Below are positions 15,880-16,879 of a stretch of 16,879 bases of DNA, one piece after another. Where the stretch lies: NCBI GenBank assembly GCA_913020725.1, contig CAJWCD010000083.1, positions 1-16,879 of the forward strand. Reading direction: 5' to 3'. How positions within the stretch are numbered: the stretch's first letter is position 1; each line of letters begins with the position of its first letter. A program made the position numbers and the translations under genes. The notes under the pieces are model-generated. The model saw nothing but the letters and a program-made list of their open reading frames with translations, had not been told where the DNA came from and made no database searches. This stretch comes from an uncultured Pseudomonadota bacterium (GTDB taxonomy: Bacteria > SAR324 > NAC60-12).

Positions 15880-16464
15880 ATGAGACTGAGAACAAGATTT
15901 GGCGGGATCGCATTCCTGCTCTTCATCGCAATATTCTTTGATTTCAGAGAAATGGAGTTCAAATGGGATATGCTCAGTGGGGTTTGTGAGGAGGTATACA
16001 CCTATGAAGGCAAAGAGTCTAACACGAATCAACTCACGAAAACTCTCAATGAGAACCTCAGTCCAGCCTATGAATCAGTTGCTGGTAAATTCTCATGTGG
16101 AGAAGGGTCAATCAGCATCCCCATCCCAAAAGTATCATTATTCTTTGATCCCCCAACCATCCTTCTTATTTGGGGGATCACCTTTCTCGTCGTGTACAGC
16201 AGGAAAGGTAATCGGATTGAAATGTGGGAGGAAGCTTCGCATGTTGCAAAGGATGTGGGAGAACTTGGTGCAGCAATCGGAGCGATCACTGTCTTTTGGG
16301 GGCAGTTCAGTGAACGGAGTATGTCGATCGGATTCGGGGTTTGCTTTATCAGTTATTTTGTTGGTCAAGCCACGGCGTTATTTCTCAAGACGTATGCTCA
16401 GCATCTGAAGAGGAAGCAGCACATGGAGGAAGCAACTAATCAGGAATCAGTGTCGGCATCATAG
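15880..16464 (+). CDS. Hypothetical membrane protein, 194 aa; C-terminal half loosely MotA/TolQ/ExbB-like
   Basis: N-terminal TM, a soluble loop with two Cys, then FFDPPTILLIWG..TF and VGELGAAIGAI...SIGFGVCFISYFVG helices. The track's 15799 start lies inside the IS30 relic. Confidence 0.6.
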   Translation: MRLRTRFGGIAFLLFIAIFFDFREMEFKWDMLSGVCEEVYTYEGKESNTNQLTKTLNENLSPAYESVAGKFSCGEGSISIPIPKVSLFFDPPTILLIWGITFLVVYSRKGNRIEMWEEASHVAKDVGELGAAIGAITVFWGQFSERSMSIGFGVCFISYFVGQATALFLKTYAQHLKRKQHMEEATNQESVSAS

Positions 16465-16494
16465 GCGCTAATAAATTCAGGTGGCCCTACAGAT

Positions 16495-16540
16495 ATGAGC
16501 CAAGTCTTTGCCCGCCGTCTGCGAAACATGCGGATCCGCA
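16495..16540 (+). pseudogene. Possible 5' fragment of an Xre-type HTH gene interrupted by IS256
   Basis: AGGTGG then ATG, encoding MSQVFARRLRNMRIR up to the IS end. F..RLR..R resembles helix 1 of Xre/HTH_3 proteins. Only 15 codons. Confidence 0.4.
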
Positions 16541-16879
16541 GAGTTATAATCGAATCTGGTGTTTGAGGAATTGAAAAAAGGCGGCATATCTGGTTGACTA
16601 GAATTTTCGAATATCAATCAACCAAATAAAAAGGATATGCCACTATGGGAAAGAACAGCATTTTAGAGTTCAATAATAAAGAGAGTGTTTCAGATGTTCT
16701 GAACGAGTTGTTACGAGACGGGGCACAGCAATTAATACGTCAGGCAGTAGAAACAGAATTGAGCGAGTATTTGTCTCAGCATCAACGCATAGCCGATGAT
16801 GGAAGGCTTGCGTTGGTACGCAACGGCTACCTGCCAAAACGAGAAATCCTGACAGGTATAGGCCCAGTCAGTGTCCGCA
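16541..16879 (+). mobile_element. IS256-family element, left end (partial)
   Basis: Begins GAGTTATAATCGAATCTGGTG, resembling IS256-family terminal repeats, about 100 nt upstream of the transposase. Confidence 0.8.
16645..16879 (+). CDS. IS256-family (Mutator-type) transposase, 3'-partial
   Basis: MGKNSILEF...DVLNELLRDGAQQLIRQAVETEL...VRNGYLPKREILTGIGPVSVR; the RNGY..R...T..G motif is typical. Not in the ORF track because there is no stop in the window. Confidence 0.92.
   Translation, partial: MGKNSILEFNNKESVSDVLNELLRDGAQQLIRQAVETELSEYLSQHQRIADDGRLALVRNGYLPKREILTGIGPVSVR

Overview
GC-rich bacterial chromosomal window. Gene content is compatible with a marine deltaproteobacteria-like lineage such as SAR324, but that is inference only. 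Left: a glycogen block (glgC-glgA; glgA is missing from the ORF track and runs off the edge), divergent from a clade-X-type phosphofructokinase and a beta-lactamase-fold serine hydrolase. Middle: a minus-strand unit of a Tat-exported family-5 ABC substrate-binding protein, an atypical amidinotransferase-fold (pentein) enzyme and an ArgE-like M20 deacylase, divergent from an orphan msrQ-like gene and ectoine hydrolase doeA/eutD, with no doeB/eutE in view. Next is a minus-strand unit of an EamA/DMT transporter, a SAM methyltransferase, an AhpD/CMD-like protein and a second serine hydrolase. The AhpD-like gene is split by an in-frame TGA in a C-H-Y-U motif followed by a SECIS-like hairpin, so it is a probable selenoprotein. 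The right ~2 kb is an AT-richer, IS-scarred region: a truncated metallopeptidase-like gene, an IS30 relic, a MotA/ExbB-like membrane protein, an apparently interrupted Xre-like gene start and the left end of an IS256. Top leads: the CxxU selenoprotein, a possible non-canonical amidine/ectoine-type catabolic module, and strong over-representation of the palindrome TCCGGA.
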